Source: an uncultured virus (IMG/VR IMGVR_UViG_3300021142_000024)
Lineage: Duplodnaviria; Heunggongvirae; Uroviricota; Caudoviricetes
Virus record (IMG/VR): IMGVR_UViG_3300021142_000024
Span: 1-64,000 of that record
Direction: 5' to 3' (one strand)
Length of the DNA stretch: 64,000 nt
Each line of letters starts with the position of its first letter. Positions within the stretch are counted from its first letter, which is position 1. The notes under the pieces are model-generated. The model was not told the origin of the DNA, made no database searches, and saw only the letters and a list, made by a program, of their open reading frames with translations. Made by a program: the position numbers and the translations under genes. Shown in pieces: positions 53,026 through 63,791 of this stretch.

Positions 53026-53277
53026 TTATCCTTTAAGTAGATTAATTAATTGAGGTTTAGACATTGCACCTACTGCCTTATTTACTGTTATGCCATTTTC
53101 CATTACTACGATTGTGGGTACTGATGTAACTGAATGTGCTTGGGCCATAGATGGATTTTGTTGTGCATCTATATAATTTACATTAATGCCTAGTTCTAGT
53201 GCAGTAGATTGTACTAGTGGTTTAAACATTTTACAAGGTGTACATGTCTGTGTTGAAAAATAAAGTACGCTTCTCAT
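53026..53277 (-). CDS. thioredoxin-like protein
   Basis: CTPC and SVPT cis-Pro motif. Confidence 0.88.
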   Translation of the reverse strand: MRSVLYFSTQTCTPCKMFKPLVQSTALELGINVNYIDAQQNPSMAQAHSVTSVPTIVVMENGITVNKAVGAMSKPQLINLLKG

Positions 53278-53283
53278 TTTATA

Positions 53284-53751
53284 TTAAAAGTTTGATGTTG
53301 AAAGATTTTTCATATAATCTAAAGTATTCTGATTTGTTATAGTATGAATATGCTTTATAGCCTCTTGATCTATAGGAATACATGTATTATTAGTAACTAA
53401 GTGTTCTATTAAACTATCCTGAGTAATCATATTAGTAGGATCTAGTTCATACACTTTTCCAGAATATGGATTATTTAATTTATTAAGAGGTACTGCAATA
53501 AAATAAGTTCTATAACTATTTCTAATCTTATTTAATTGATTTCTTTTAATCATAAAAGATTTATCTTTAATCATAGGTACTAGAGTTTTTACTTCTACAT
53601 TTTTTCCATCTATAGTCATATCCTTTTCATGATCAAATGGATTTTCAGATAGTATTGTAATTATACCTCTTGAGTTAAAGTAGTTTGCTATGATCTTTTC
53701 TCCTAATGTACCTAATTCCTTATTCTTGTATTCTACTGATTTTGCATACAT
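53284..53751 (-). CDS. putative PD-(D/E)xK endonuclease
   Basis: G.LGE...KD...VEVKT. Confidence 0.6.
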   Translation of the reverse strand: MYAKSVEYKNKELGTLGEKIIANYFNSRGIITILSENPFDHEKDMTIDGKNVEVKTLVPMIKDKSFMIKRNQLNKIRNSYRTYFIAVPLNKLNNPYSGKVYELDPTNMITQDSLIEHLVTNNTCIPIDQEAIKHIHTITNQNTLDYMKNLSTSNF

Positions 53752-53753
53752 TC

Positions 53754-55556
53754 TTATTGAAAATTTAATTTATGTTTATAGTATGATTTATGCTTTTCTA
53801 CTCCTGGTATATTCCAACCATTTTCAAAATCACTCATAGTATGATGCGGCTTTACATAATATTCCCAAATTGGGTTTTTTATATATTTTAAAAAAACACA
53901 TAACAAATCCTCTAAATCCATAGGTTTCATATTATATCTCTCTGCTAATTTTATAAAATCCCCATATTTAAATCCAGGCTTTAGTATTTTCATTGAGGCT
54001 GTAGCAGTAGGACCTAATTTACAGTGTGTCCACTCATTTATTTCAAATAGACCATTTAGTTTAGTGTCAAGATTTACATAATTTGCAAGATCTCCCGCCA
54101 TTAAAAGATAGTGGAAATTAAATGCATGGAGTTTATTATCTCTATTATACTCATTCATTATATCTACTATACCATCAAGACTAGTACCTGGTTTTATTTT
54201 ATCAATAATATGATCTGCCCAAGGTCTAAAATGATTTATTACTAGATCTTTTAGTGGATAACGTGGAGGTTGATTTACACAGCAGCTTACAAAATTTCCA
54301 GTATCTGCTTTCATAAAAGGATAAAAATCTTCATAAGAATTAAATCTTTGGAAATTCAATAATATAGTATTATTATATCCATGATTATATTGATTTGAAG
54401 TACCTGATCCAAATATTCTATGTGAGTAGATCAAGAAGAGATAATCATAAATTCCCCAATTAGGATTTGCTACTGGTTTATATAGATCCCAAGTGAGTGA
54501 ATTTTCTTGCATAAAATAATCTTCAAGCAAGAATATAAAGCCCTCATATCTTCTATCAATATTATGAAATAAATTTACATTATCTATATATTTATCTCCA
54601 GTATTAAATTCTCTTTTCTTAGTATCTATAAAAACTTTTTCTGTCTTTCGATTAATATCTATATAATAGTCAAGACATTCTAGAGCTATTGGATTAAATC
54701 CCTGTTCATTTAATATCACACTCTTCTTTGTAATTTTTTCTGTATCTTCAAGTTTATATACACTCTGAGATCCTTTAGACTCCTCTTGCTCTACTGATAT
54801 ATTATCTTCTATTTTACATTGATATTCTTGAGTCTCTTCATTTTTAAATGATACATAGCTTTGAGATACTGTAGTTTCCATATCTGGAATATCAGAGAAT
54901 TTCATATAGCTAGTTTGAGGTTTGATCTTATCATAATGTCTCTTATAGATATGGAGATTTGTAATAAACCAATGCATTTCACCCATTGAAGTATTTGTAT
55001 CAAAACAAATCTTACTCATAAGCTTTGCAAAAGTATATTGATCATTGCAGAATCCCAGCCATAAATCAATACTTCTTGCGAATACTGTAAGATTAAGTCG
55101 ACCATCAACTATTGTGAAGTTTAATACAACATTACATGGAGTGTCTGAGGCATATCTGTCTAGCTCATTTATATCGTAATGAACTACTATCGCTCTTCTT
55201 GTATTCGGGTTGCTCTTGAGCTCCTGGATAGCACGATCTAACTGTCCATTTTTATTCCAAAAAAATCCATAATTACTATTCACTTCTGTAGTGCCTGGAA
55301 TCATCATGTTCTTCCATATCTTAGCACGTTCAGAAATTTCAGATGCGTCTCTATTTCCTGTTAAATACCAATGCCACTCATATTCTGCATAGTCTACATT
55401 AAACTTACGTTCTGGTTCTGTGATAATCATCTGCATTGGATTATCTAAAGTAAAAGAGGCATTAAATTTTGCTTTAGTACTAGCAAAATCTACCCCCGTA
55501 GACATTATATCTAAGTAAAGACTTTTAAATGCTTCATTTGCGTTTTTAAATCTCAT
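53754..55556 (-). CDS. fusion: dCMP hydroxymethylase-like thymidylate-synthase-fold domain plus C-terminal putative base-modification domain
   Basis: NSNYG, DTPCN, RSIDLWLGFCND (Asp), NLHIY; acidic linker; C-domain HNIDRRYEGF, HRIFGSG, HGYNN, DLED..C. Confidence 0.75.
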   Translation of the reverse strand: MRFKNANEAFKSLYLDIMSTGVDFASTKAKFNASFTLDNPMQMIITEPERKFNVDYAEYEWHWYLTGNRDASEISERAKIWKNMMIPGTTEVNSNYGFFWNKNGQLDRAIQELKSNPNTRRAIVVHYDINELDRYASDTPCNVVLNFTIVDGRLNLTVFARSIDLWLGFCNDQYTFAKLMSKICFDTNTSMGEMHWFITNLHIYKRHYDKIKPQTSYMKFSDIPDMETTVSQSYVSFKNEETQEYQCKIEDNISVEQEESKGSQSVYKLEDTEKITKKSVILNEQGFNPIALECLDYYIDINRKTEKVFIDTKKREFNTGDKYIDNVNLFHNIDRRYEGFIFLLEDYFMQENSLTWDLYKPVANPNWGIYDYLFLIYSHRIFGSGTSNQYNHGYNNTILLNFQRFNSYEDFYPFMKADTGNFVSCCVNQPPRYPLKDLVINHFRPWADHIIDKIKPGTSLDGIVDIMNEYNRDNKLHAFNFHYLLMAGDLANYVNLDTKLNGLFEINEWTHCKLGPTATASMKILKPGFKYGDFIKLAERYNMKPMDLEDLLCVFLKYIKNPIWEYYVKPHHTMSDFENGWNIPGVEKHKSYYKHKLNFQ

Positions 55557-55947
55557 ATTTGGAAATTTCTATAAATTGTTTTAAAAAATCTATACCATCA
55601 GTTTTTCTATACTGCTCTAGATATAGTACTCTTTTTATTCCAGATTGTAATATTAATTTTGCACATTCAATACAAGGACTAAGAGTCAAATATAAAATGG
55701 CATTATTTATTGAATATCCTGATTTTGCAGCTTTAAGAATAGCATTCATTTCAGCATGTACAACATACGGGAGTGTAATATTGTCTCTTTCACAGCAATT
55801 ATCCATTCCAGAAGGAGTACCATTATACCCAAATGCTATAATATTTCCATCTTTTATTAAAAGTGCACCTACTTTATTTCTCTCACAATGAGAAAGGGTG
55901 GCTATCTCTTTTGCAATATTAAGATAAACTTTATCTAATTTTGACAC
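55546..55947 (-). CDS. dCMP deaminase
   Basis: GYNG, HAE.NA, SPCIEC. Confidence 0.93.
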   Translation of the reverse strand: MSKLDKVYLNIAKEIATLSHCERNKVGALLIKDGNIIAFGYNGTPSGMDNCCERDNITLPYVVHAEMNAILKAAKSGYSINNAILYLTLSPCIECAKLILQSGIKRVLYLEQYRKTDGIDFLKQFIEISKYEI

Positions 55948-55965
55948 AACCTTTATTTTATTTTT

Positions 55966-56397
55966 TTAGTTAATTCCAGTACTTCCAAATCCACTTTCAC
56001 CTCTTTGAGTCTCTATAGAATCTAATTGATCTACTACTTCAACTTCTTCATAATTTACTGGTACGAGTATAAACTGAATAATTTTTTTACCTGCTTCAAG
56101 TATATCATTTGCTTTACCTGCATTGAATACGTGAATATGAATTTCTCCGGTATAATCCTCATCTACTATTTCAGCTCCTTTAATGAGCTTATTTTTTGTA
56201 GCTATTCCACTTTTATTTGCTGCCATTAACATATATCCAGTAGGAATATTTGCTTTAATACCTGATGGAATTAGAATATCTTCTCCTGGTCTAAGTATTG
56301 TACATTCAAAATCATTTGGAATATAAAAGTCTATACCTGCACTTTTATTAGTGCCTCTGGTTGGAGTTTTTACTGGTCTTGTTTTAATTATCTTCAT
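55966..56397 (-). CDS. dut: trimeric dUTPase
   Basis: SAGID, KSG, VDEDYTGEI, RG..GFGSTG. Confidence 0.93.
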   Translation of the reverse strand: MKIIKTRPVKTPTRGTNKSAGIDFYIPNDFECTILRPGEDILIPSGIKANIPTGYMLMAANKSGIATKNKLIKGAEIVDEDYTGEIHIHVFNAGKANDILEAGKKIIQFILVPVNYEEVEVVDQLDSIETQRGESGFGSTGIN

Positions 56398-56400
56398 ATC

Positions 56401-56682
56401 TTATTTTGTTTTATTATAATCTTCTTTATAATGATCTACCATTGCTGCCATATAAGATATAGCATCTAGTATATTATCATACTTTTTACTATAAGATTCT
56501 CTAGACATTTTTAATGCTACCATACAAAGATACATGTCTTTTGCTGTAATTTCTTTATTGCACATAGTAGAAGCTAATAGAGCGGCTTTTTCCATACTCT
56601 CTTTCATAGGACCATATTGTCTAGATCCCTCTTCACCTCTTTTAAAAACTATATTATTTGCTTGTTCTAATATATTACTCAT
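56401..56682 (-). CDS. DUF6378-like small helical protein (possible nucleotide pyrophosphatase)
   Basis: IL..A..IV...R.YG...M..LK.SR...DN..D...Y. Confidence 0.6.
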   Translation of the reverse strand: MSNILEQANNIVFKRGEEGSRQYGPMKESMEKAALLASTMCNKEITAKDMYLCMVALKMSRESYSKKYDNILDAISYMAAMVDHYKEDYNKTK

Positions 56683-56708
56683 AATAGAATTTAATCATAT
56701 TATTATTA

Positions 56709-57632
56709 TTAAGACAATATATCCTGTAAGTATGGATAATATTTAGGTTTGAGATGTACACTTTGCCTAGATTCTAAAATATCTAACATCGCAGTACCAT
56801 CATCATCAATCCAGCTATCTGGCCATGATATAAATTTAAGTCCAGAATTAGCGATAATATCATTTGCTATTTGTCTTAATTCCATTCTTTGCTGTCTAGA
56901 TCCAAAAAATGGTTGCTTTTTATATAATCCAGTTCCTGGTATTTTACGAGATTCATGTTCTATTGGAAGTAATTGAACTAGTATAGGATTATTTAATTCT
57001 TTTGCAAAATTTACATATTTTGTAAATAATTCTTTTGTGGCAGTAATTGGATCTACTTGACGAGCTAGATGGAATCTGGTATCAATATTTCCAAAGTAAA
57101 GTACTACATTACCTGATCTAGTTGCATTTATAGCTTGTGCATTTGCATGTTTAAGCCAACCATATAGCGTTTTACCTGGATTAAAACTAAGAGCGTACCC
57201 TGGTCTCCAGACTGAGAGAGAATGTGAATCTCCTATTACAATATTAGGATTTGGTTTAGAAAAATAATCTACAGCACTGCTTATAGGCCAATTATGACTA
57301 TCGACTTTTATCCTCTGGTTAAATTTTCTAAAATCAAAAGTTTTATTAACAAATTCAAATTCGCCTTCAAATTCAGATATTGCCTGCATCTTCTCAGTAT
57401 GAATTGACTGAGGTCCTCCTGGGATATTAAAACTACCATCAGTAAAATTTACACCTTCACATATATAAAGTTTTTCATATTGACTCCAAGTACTAGGATC
57501 TGGATTGACATCTATTACATCTTGTGGATTTTGATCTTTGACCATTTTTGCGCATATGAGACCATATCCAGATCCTTGAGAATTCATCCCAGTTCCTACA
57601 TTACTCATTATTGATATTAATGCAGCTTTCAT
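56709..57632 (-). CDS. SGNH-like protein in nucleotide-modification cluster
   Basis: IGDSH, FGNID.R.H, QSVHL motifs. Confidence 0.55.
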   Translation of the reverse strand: MKAALISIMSNVGTGMNSQGSGYGLICAKMVKDQNPQDVIDVNPDPSTWSQYEKLYICEGVNFTDGSFNIPGGPQSIHTEKMQAISEFEGEFEFVNKTFDFRKFNQRIKVDSHNWPISSAVDYFSKPNPNIVIGDSHSLSVWRPGYALSFNPGKTLYGWLKHANAQAINATRSGNVVLYFGNIDTRFHLARQVDPITATKELFTKYVNFAKELNNPILVQLLPIEHESRKIPGTGLYKKQPFFGSRQQRMELRQIANDIIANSGLKFISWPDSWIDDDGTAMLDILESRQSVHLKPKYYPYLQDILS

Positions 57633-57769
57633 AAATCTTTATTTTTTATTTGCAGAAATAATAATAAAAGCTTTTATAATCCATATCTAGAAATAAAAGC
57701 TTTTATTACATATATTATGGTTTAAAATTGAATTATAATCAAATAATTATATAATATCCTTAGTAGAGA

Positions 57770-59419
57770 TTACATACCCATGCCCATCATAGGATCTGGA
57801 GTGTCTTGCTCTTTATCTGATTTTTTTTCAAGTACCACTGCATCTACTGTGAGTATTGTACCAGCTACACTCGCTGCATTTTTTATAGAAGATATTACTA
57901 CTTTTGTAGGATCAAGTAGACCAGCTTCAATACCATTTACTACTGCTCTATTTTTAGCATCAAATGTTGTAAATACATCGTCTTTAGAATTTACATTATA
58001 TAAAATTTCATACCAATTCTCAATACCTGAATTTGATAGAATTGTTTTAAATGGCGCATAGCAGGCAGTTTCTACTATAGAAAGAGCAATCTTTTCATTT
58101 GAATTCCAATTTATAGTATTATTCTTTATAGACATAAATGCTTTGATAAGTGCAATACCACCGCCTGGAAGTATACCTTCTGCAAGTGCGGCTTTAGTCG
58201 CCAGAAGTGCATCTTCTACTCTGTCTTTCTTTTCTTTGATCTCAATTTCAGAATTTCCACCTACATTTATAATAGCAACTCCACCTACAAGTTTACCAAG
58301 ACGCTCTTGAAGTTTCTCTTTTTCAAAAAATGATGTTGCACTTTCTATCTGCTCTTTAATCTCATTTGCTCTATTAGAAATTGCTGTCTCATCCCCTTTA
58401 CCATCTACTATTGTAGTAGTCTCTTTAGCTACTGTGGCAAGACGTGATTTACCTAGATATTTATCTAATTCTGAAGATGAGAGTTTATCAAGTTTATGTC
58501 CTTTGCTTTTTGACATTACTGTACCTCCAGTAAGAATTGCCATATCTTCAAGAATCAAAGTTCTTCTATCTCCAAAGTCTGGTGCTTTTACTGCACATAC
58601 TTTTACTACATTTCGCATTTTATTTACGATCATTAGTGCGAGTGCCTCATCTCCAAAGTCTTCTGCAATTACTAGAAGTGATCTATTTTCAGTATTTGCT
58701 TTCTGTAGAAATGGAATCATCTCAGCTGCAGTTTGAATACGACCATCATAGAGCATAATATAGCAATCATCTAGTACTGCATTCATTGTGGTATTATTAG
58801 TCACAAAATATGGACTCTTATATCCACGATCAAATTGCATACCTTCAACTACTTCAAGAGTAGTTTCACCGGTCTTAGATTCTTCAATAGTCACAATACC
58901 TTCACGACCAACTTTATCTATAGCAGCAGAAATCAGCTCTCCTACTTCAATATCATTATTACCTGAGATAGTTGCCACTTGTTTAATTTGATCTTCTGTG
59001 CTGACATCTACTGATAGTGATTTAAGTTGATCTATAATCATAGAGACTGTCTTATCAATACCGTGCTTAACTTCTACTGCATTAACTCCTTGACGTATAG
59101 TCTTCATTCCCCCTTGAATCATCTTTGTTGCAAGTAATGTAGATGTTGTTGTACCATCACCGGCCTCATTTGCTGATTTAATTGATACTTGTTTTACCAT
59201 CTGTGCTCCAAGATCTTCTATATCATTTTCAAGTCTATTAAAGGCCTTTGAGCAAGTTACTCCGTCTTTTGTGGCTTTTACTTCACCATAAGGTTCACGT
59301 ATTAATACTGTGCGACCTCCTGGACCGAGTGTTGATGATACTATATCATTGAGTTTATTAATTCCAGCAAGAAGTTGCTCTTTAAGTTCTGTCCCTATTA
59401 AATGTTTTGTTTCGCTCAT
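57770..59419 (-). CDS. groEL: chaperonin GroEL
   Basis: [32 protein letters not shown]-rich tail. Confidence 0.97.
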   Translation of the reverse strand: MSETKHLIGTELKEQLLAGINKLNDIVSSTLGPGGRTVLIREPYGEVKATKDGVTCSKAFNRLENDIEDLGAQMVKQVSIKSANEAGDGTTTSTLLATKMIQGGMKTIRQGVNAVEVKHGIDKTVSMIIDQLKSLSVDVSTEDQIKQVATISGNNDIEVGELISAAIDKVGREGIVTIEESKTGETTLEVVEGMQFDRGYKSPYFVTNNTTMNAVLDDCYIMLYDGRIQTAAEMIPFLQKANTENRSLLVIAEDFGDEALALMIVNKMRNVVKVCAVKAPDFGDRRTLILEDMAILTGGTVMSKSKGHKLDKLSSSELDKYLGKSRLATVAKETTTIVDGKGDETAISNRANEIKEQIESATSFFEKEKLQERLGKLVGGVAIINVGGNSEIEIKEKKDRVEDALLATKAALAEGILPGGGIALIKAFMSIKNNTINWNSNEKIALSIVETACYAPFKTILSNSGIENWYEILYNVNSKDDVFTTFDAKNRAVVNGIEAGLLDPTKVVISSIKNAASVAGTILTVDAVVLEKKSDKEQDTPDPMMGMGM

Positions 59420-60030
59420 AATCTATTTTGATTGTTTTTTAATTTGCTTTTTCCACCCAAAGACCATCCAATATGGATATAGTCTTCTAAATTTTGTTTT
59501 TGAATATACTTATTTTTACCGTCTTTATTAATACAAATAGAATTTGAATTATGAGAAATTCTGCCTTTATTCTGAATTCCAAATCTAGATAAATCTCCAG
59601 AATGTTTTTTGCCCTTCATCCAAGTAGTTCTACCTTTATTCTGAATTCCAAATCTAGATAAATCTCCAAAATGTTTTTTGCCATAAAAGGAATTTAATTC
59701 TCCAAATTTTCCCTTTTGAGAAGCCATTTTAACTCTAGATTCCTCAGATAAATTTGGAGCGCCATCTCCTCCATCTGTAAGATTTACTAATGGACCTAAT
59801 CCTAAATCTCTACGACCTATTTCTTTTATTAATTTCTTTTCTATCTCACAAGCCTCTTCCCAAGAAATATTATTATATAAAATTTTTATAGCGTATTCAT
59901 GATTTTTTATATAATCTCTCCAAGTTTTTCCTCTACTTTTTTTATCAAAAGCTCTCTTTTCACTTTTACCTATTCCTATATAAAATATCTGATTTGTATC
60001 AATCCTGTGATGTTGGTATACTATAGCCAT
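59416..60030 (-). CDS. GIY-YIG-like homing endonuclease with NUMOD-type repeats (likely start 60030)
   Basis: VYQH...FYIGIG...RA, LVNLTDGGDG, duplicated GKKH.GDLSRFGIQNKGR. Confidence 0.75.
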   Translation of the reverse strand: MAIVYQHHRIDTNQIFYIGIGKSEKRAFDKKSRGKTWRDYIKNHEYAIKILYNNISWEEACEIEKKLIKEIGRRDLGLGPLVNLTDGGDGAPNLSEESRVKMASQKGKFGELNSFYGKKHFGDLSRFGIQNKGRTTWMKGKKHSGDLSRFGIQNKGRISHNSNSICINKDGKNKYIQKQNLEDYIHIGWSLGGKSKLKNNQNRL

Positions 60031-60160
60031 CTTTTTGTAATTTATCTTTAATAAGTTTTTCAACTAATGCTCCAAGAATCAAACAATTAGCCTTACAGTG
60101 TTTTTTTAAAATGCTGTGAAGAGTTTTATCTATCTGTATTGATGCGCGTTGATTTTCCAT
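59999..60160 (-). CDS. 53-aa ribbon-helix-helix-like protein (not in ORF track)
   Basis: MENQRASIQIDKTLHSILKKHCKANCLILGALVEKLI...; preceded by an ATATTTAT motif. Confidence 0.6.
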   Translation of the reverse strand: MENQRASIQIDKTLHSILKKHCKANCLILGALVEKLIKDKLQKDGYSIPTSQD

Positions 60161-60409
60161 TTATAATAAATATACGAAAAATTGTATAAAATTGTATACT
60201 ATTCTGTGATGTGTGATTTTAAAAAGTTATCTATATCTTGACCAGTTACTGATGATCCAAGATGACTAAAATTCTCAATATACAAATCTTTAAGATGCTC
60301 TGGAATGTATTTATGTTTAAGTTGCATACTTACTACGTCTACACCATTCTCATCTTTAGAAGATTTTGTTTCTGTATAAAATGCCATGTAATGTGTTGGA
60401 TTGTTCATA

Positions 60410-60700
60410 TTAATTTATTATTGCTAAAATTTCTGTTTCTCTTGTTATATAATAATCTTGTCCTTCTAGTTTTACTGACATTGATCCAAGTTTTGGAATA
60501 AGTACAATGTCTCCTACATTTAGATTTGAAGGGACTTCTTTATCAGTGTGATAGTTCCAAGCATTTGAGATTGCTACTACTTCACCTGATTCTGGACGCT
60601 CTTTGCCCATGTCTGGAAGGATAATATTTCCTACCATCTCTTCCGATGTTTCTACTGGTCGCAGTACTACATGACCATTTAGTGGTTTTAATTTTGACAT
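60410..60700 (-). CDS. groES: co-chaperonin GroES
   Basis: LKPL..HVV, IILPD..KE.P..GEVVA, VGD.V, ILAI. Confidence 0.93.
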   Translation of the reverse strand: MSKLKPLNGHVVLRPVETSEEMVGNIILPDMGKERPESGEVVAISNAWNYHTDKEVPSNLNVGDIVLIPKLGSMSVKLEGQDYYITRETEILAIIN

Positions 60701-61078
60701 AACGATTTATTTAATTAAAGTTTGTTTGCTATTTTTAAAATTACGTGTTCATCTTCTACACTCAGTCTCCATTTATTTTCAACTAGTTTTGAACAGGCAT
60801 TTATAAATGTACTAGGTTCTGATAAATGCCCTATATGAGGCATTACTATCACATCACTTGATTGAGTGATATTATATCCTCTAATTTCTTCATCAATTAG
60901 GCCTCTAAATTCTAATAATTCTGGACCTGTCATTGATTCAATTATATCATAAACATCTACTTCAACTTCTGTGTCTATTTGAATGTATCTCATAACTGTA
61001 TATTATTAAATTGATTTGATATTAAAAAACTTATTTTTAAAGTGTGAAATTCTATAATAAATACTCTAAATTTATATT

Positions 61079-63388
61079 TTAGTGGCCATCTTTCCAATTG
61101 TAGGCAATAGCTGGAGGTGCTTTAAGATCTATGCTTATTTTAGTAGTATTTTCCATACAATCTTGTACTATCTTAGCACAGATTTCTGCATCTTTTGCTG
61201 GCACTTCTGTAATAATCTGATCATGAATTTGTGCACATACCCAGCCATTTATACCTAAATCTTTGAGTCGTCTATTAATTGCAATGGCAGCACGGTTTAC
61301 TATAGATGCAGATAACCCCTGAATCTGTACATTTCTGGCATTATTAATACCATTAATATAGTCTCTATACAGCTTAGTAACTTTATCTTTACCGTATTGT
61401 TTAATTAATAATTGTCTAACTTGCCAATCAGTAATAGCCTCTCCTAGAGTATCATGTATCTTTTTAACCTTGTCTAAGTGACGTATACGACCTACTTGAG
61501 TTTTTACATACCCTAGATTTTGTGCATCATATTTAGATCTGTCCATCCACTCTTTTAGTGCAGGAAATCCATTAAGATAACCATCTACTAAAACTTGTGC
61601 CTGTTTTGCTGGTATACCTAGATTCATACCAAGTGCATAAGCTCCCATACCATAAGGAATACCTAGAGCATAGGCTTTGGCTTTATTTCTAAGTTTTGGC
61701 GCCTGCTTTCTTAAGAAATTTTCTGCTTTTTTATCAGGGGAGTATTGATCTAATTTTTCTGTTTTTATTGCGATAGTAGAGTAGAAGTCCCAGTTATTCC
61801 TAAAGATGTCCTTGAGTCCATCATCTCCAGATACATGTGCGAATACATGTGGCTCAAGAGACTCATAGTCACAATCTATAAATTTATTATCTGTATCTGG
61901 AATAAAGAATGCTCTTACTAGATTTGTATATTCTACTACTATAGGATCATCATCGCCTTCTTCTTTAGGTCTAGGTAATTGCTGAGAGTCTGAACCATAT
62001 CTTCCAGAGACTGTGCCATGCTGTTTATAATAAAAGAAATATCGACCATCTTCATGTGCTTCTAAGAATCTATCCATATAAGTAGATCTTATTTTTAGTA
62101 ACTTACCATATATCCTTAGATTTTTAGCCCATTCATATTTATCTGAAATACTTTGAATAAGTTCATCATCAAATTGTGGTTTGCCTCCTGGTGTACTTGA
62201 TAGTGATTTTATACCTAGTGCATTGAATGCAATATCTCCCATTTGATCTTTAGACTGTATATTAAAAAATAGTCCATCATTATCGTCTTTCCATAGTTTA
62301 AGACTAATTGCTTGAATATCAGAATCTTCTAATAAAAAATCATGACCTTCAATTAAAAATCTCTGTGCTGGTGAAGCGGGCAATAAAGTTAGATTTGATC
62401 TTGTAATATTATATTTTCCAGTTTTTTCAGATTTTGGAAGTGGTAATTTATAATAATCTGCAATAGCTTGAGCAAATTTGCCTTTATTACTTACTGGCCA
62501 CTCTTGTTGAGCCTTATTTAATATCCAAGTTTTAACTTGTTGTTTTGATAGTAGATCTTTAGTAATTATATCTATATACTTGCTCATCTCCACATTTATC
62601 TTTTCTCTTGAAGATTTAATGAGTTCAATATCTAATTTTACCCCCTTATCTTCCATAGGTATAGTTACTTCTTTATAAAGAGGCATAACCTCATCATTAA
62701 AAAAGAAATTAGTCAAACCCTGTTCTTCAATCTTAGTAAGATAGTAATCATATATCCTAAGAGTTAAGTCAACGTCAGCACAGGCGTATTTTGAGAGTAT
62801 ATCAAGATCAGCTTTCCAAATCTCATAATTGTCTTTTGTAATACTGCCCCCATTTCTTTTTATAGACTCTTTAAGTTCTATCTGCTCTTGATTAGCCTCA
62901 CTAGATACATCAATGCCAATTTCAGATTGTATGCTTTTAGCCACCTCTTTAAGTGCAAAAGACCCACCTCCATTTTCTGAATTTACACCCTCTTCTTGAA
63001 TAGTATGCACCATAAGTATAGTATCTGCATGAATACTATTAATAAGATCTACTCCATAAAAATTCTTAACGAATCTGGCATCGAAAGATAAGTTATGCCC
63101 TATAATTTTTTTATCAATTAATAGTGCAATAATTCTCTTAGCTATATCATGGCATAGCACACCCTCTATCTTAGAGTCTATAAGCAGACCATCTTGAAGG
63201 ATCATAGTAGGCATATAGTAACCATGATCCCTTTCTCCAGTAATAGAGAATCCTATAATTTTACCTTTTCTGGGATTTAGAGAGTTTGTTTCAGTATCAA
63301 ATGCAATTATATCATGCTTTTGAATGTGAGCTATCATCTCCTTGACGCTCGCTAAAGTATTTACTGTTAAATATTGTCTCTGAGTCAT
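61079..63388 (-). CDS. polA: family A DNA polymerase with 3'-5' exonuclease
   Basis: Exo DTET, GHN..FD, YACAD; T.SGR, DYESLE, R.KAK...G.PYG, QIHD. Confidence 0.95.
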   Translation of the reverse strand: MTQRQYLTVNTLASVKEMIAHIQKHDIIAFDTETNSLNPRKGKIIGFSITGERDHGYYMPTMILQDGLLIDSKIEGVLCHDIAKRIIALLIDKKIIGHNLSFDARFVKNFYGVDLINSIHADTILMVHTIQEEGVNSENGGGSFALKEVAKSIQSEIGIDVSSEANQEQIELKESIKRNGGSITKDNYEIWKADLDILSKYACADVDLTLRIYDYYLTKIEEQGLTNFFFNDEVMPLYKEVTIPMEDKGVKLDIELIKSSREKINVEMSKYIDIITKDLLSKQQVKTWILNKAQQEWPVSNKGKFAQAIADYYKLPLPKSEKTGKYNITRSNLTLLPASPAQRFLIEGHDFLLEDSDIQAISLKLWKDDNDGLFFNIQSKDQMGDIAFNALGIKSLSSTPGGKPQFDDELIQSISDKYEWAKNLRIYGKLLKIRSTYMDRFLEAHEDGRYFFYYKQHGTVSGRYGSDSQQLPRPKEEGDDDPIVVEYTNLVRAFFIPDTDNKFIDCDYESLEPHVFAHVSGDDGLKDIFRNNWDFYSTIAIKTEKLDQYSPDKKAENFLRKQAPKLRNKAKAYALGIPYGMGAYALGMNLGIPAKQAQVLVDGYLNGFPALKEWMDRSKYDAQNLGYVKTQVGRIRHLDKVKKIHDTLGEAITDWQVRQLLIKQYGKDKVTKLYRDYINGINNARNVQIQGLSASIVNRAAIAINRRLKDLGINGWVCAQIHDQIITEVPAKDAEICAKIVQDCMENTTKISIDLKAPPAIAYNWKDGH

Positions 63389-63566
63389 GACTTTTATTTT
63401 TATAGGGAAGTAATCTATTTAGTGCACCTTGTCGTCTTTGGCATCCACAGTCCTGTAAACCTAGTATTTTTTTAGCAAACCATGAAGAAAATTTATCAAG
63501 TCCAAAGAAATGCGTAAATTTAGCTACAGTGTCTCCAAAACCTCTACTGCTTATCTTGTTTTTCAT
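63312..63566 (-). CDS. small conserved phage protein
   Basis: S.G.GDTVAK...CGC..R...LN motif. Confidence 0.65.
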   Translation of the reverse strand: MKNKISSRGFGDTVAKFTHFFGLDKFSSWFAKKILGLQDCGCQRRQGALNRLLPYKNKSHDSETIFNSKYFSERQGDDSSHSKA

Positions 63567-63791
63567 CTATCTTTTTTTCTAATACAGTCAATGCACTTGC
63601 TACACCTATTACTATATTGTGTATTTGTAATTCTAATTGAACTTTAAGTGATTTTATTTTAGACCACTGATACACTTGCAATATTATCAGCAATAAGATA
63701 ATTGATAAATAAATATTCTCTGTTGTTATAGTAAATGTCATATTTAAATCTATGATTTTTTTATAACATTATTAAATATTTCTTATGAGTA

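Noticed and set aside
57780..59531. Plus-strand ORFs antisense to groEL (and similar antisense ORFs elsewhere)
   Set aside because: Antisense shadows of conserved minus-strand genes with no recognisable motifs.
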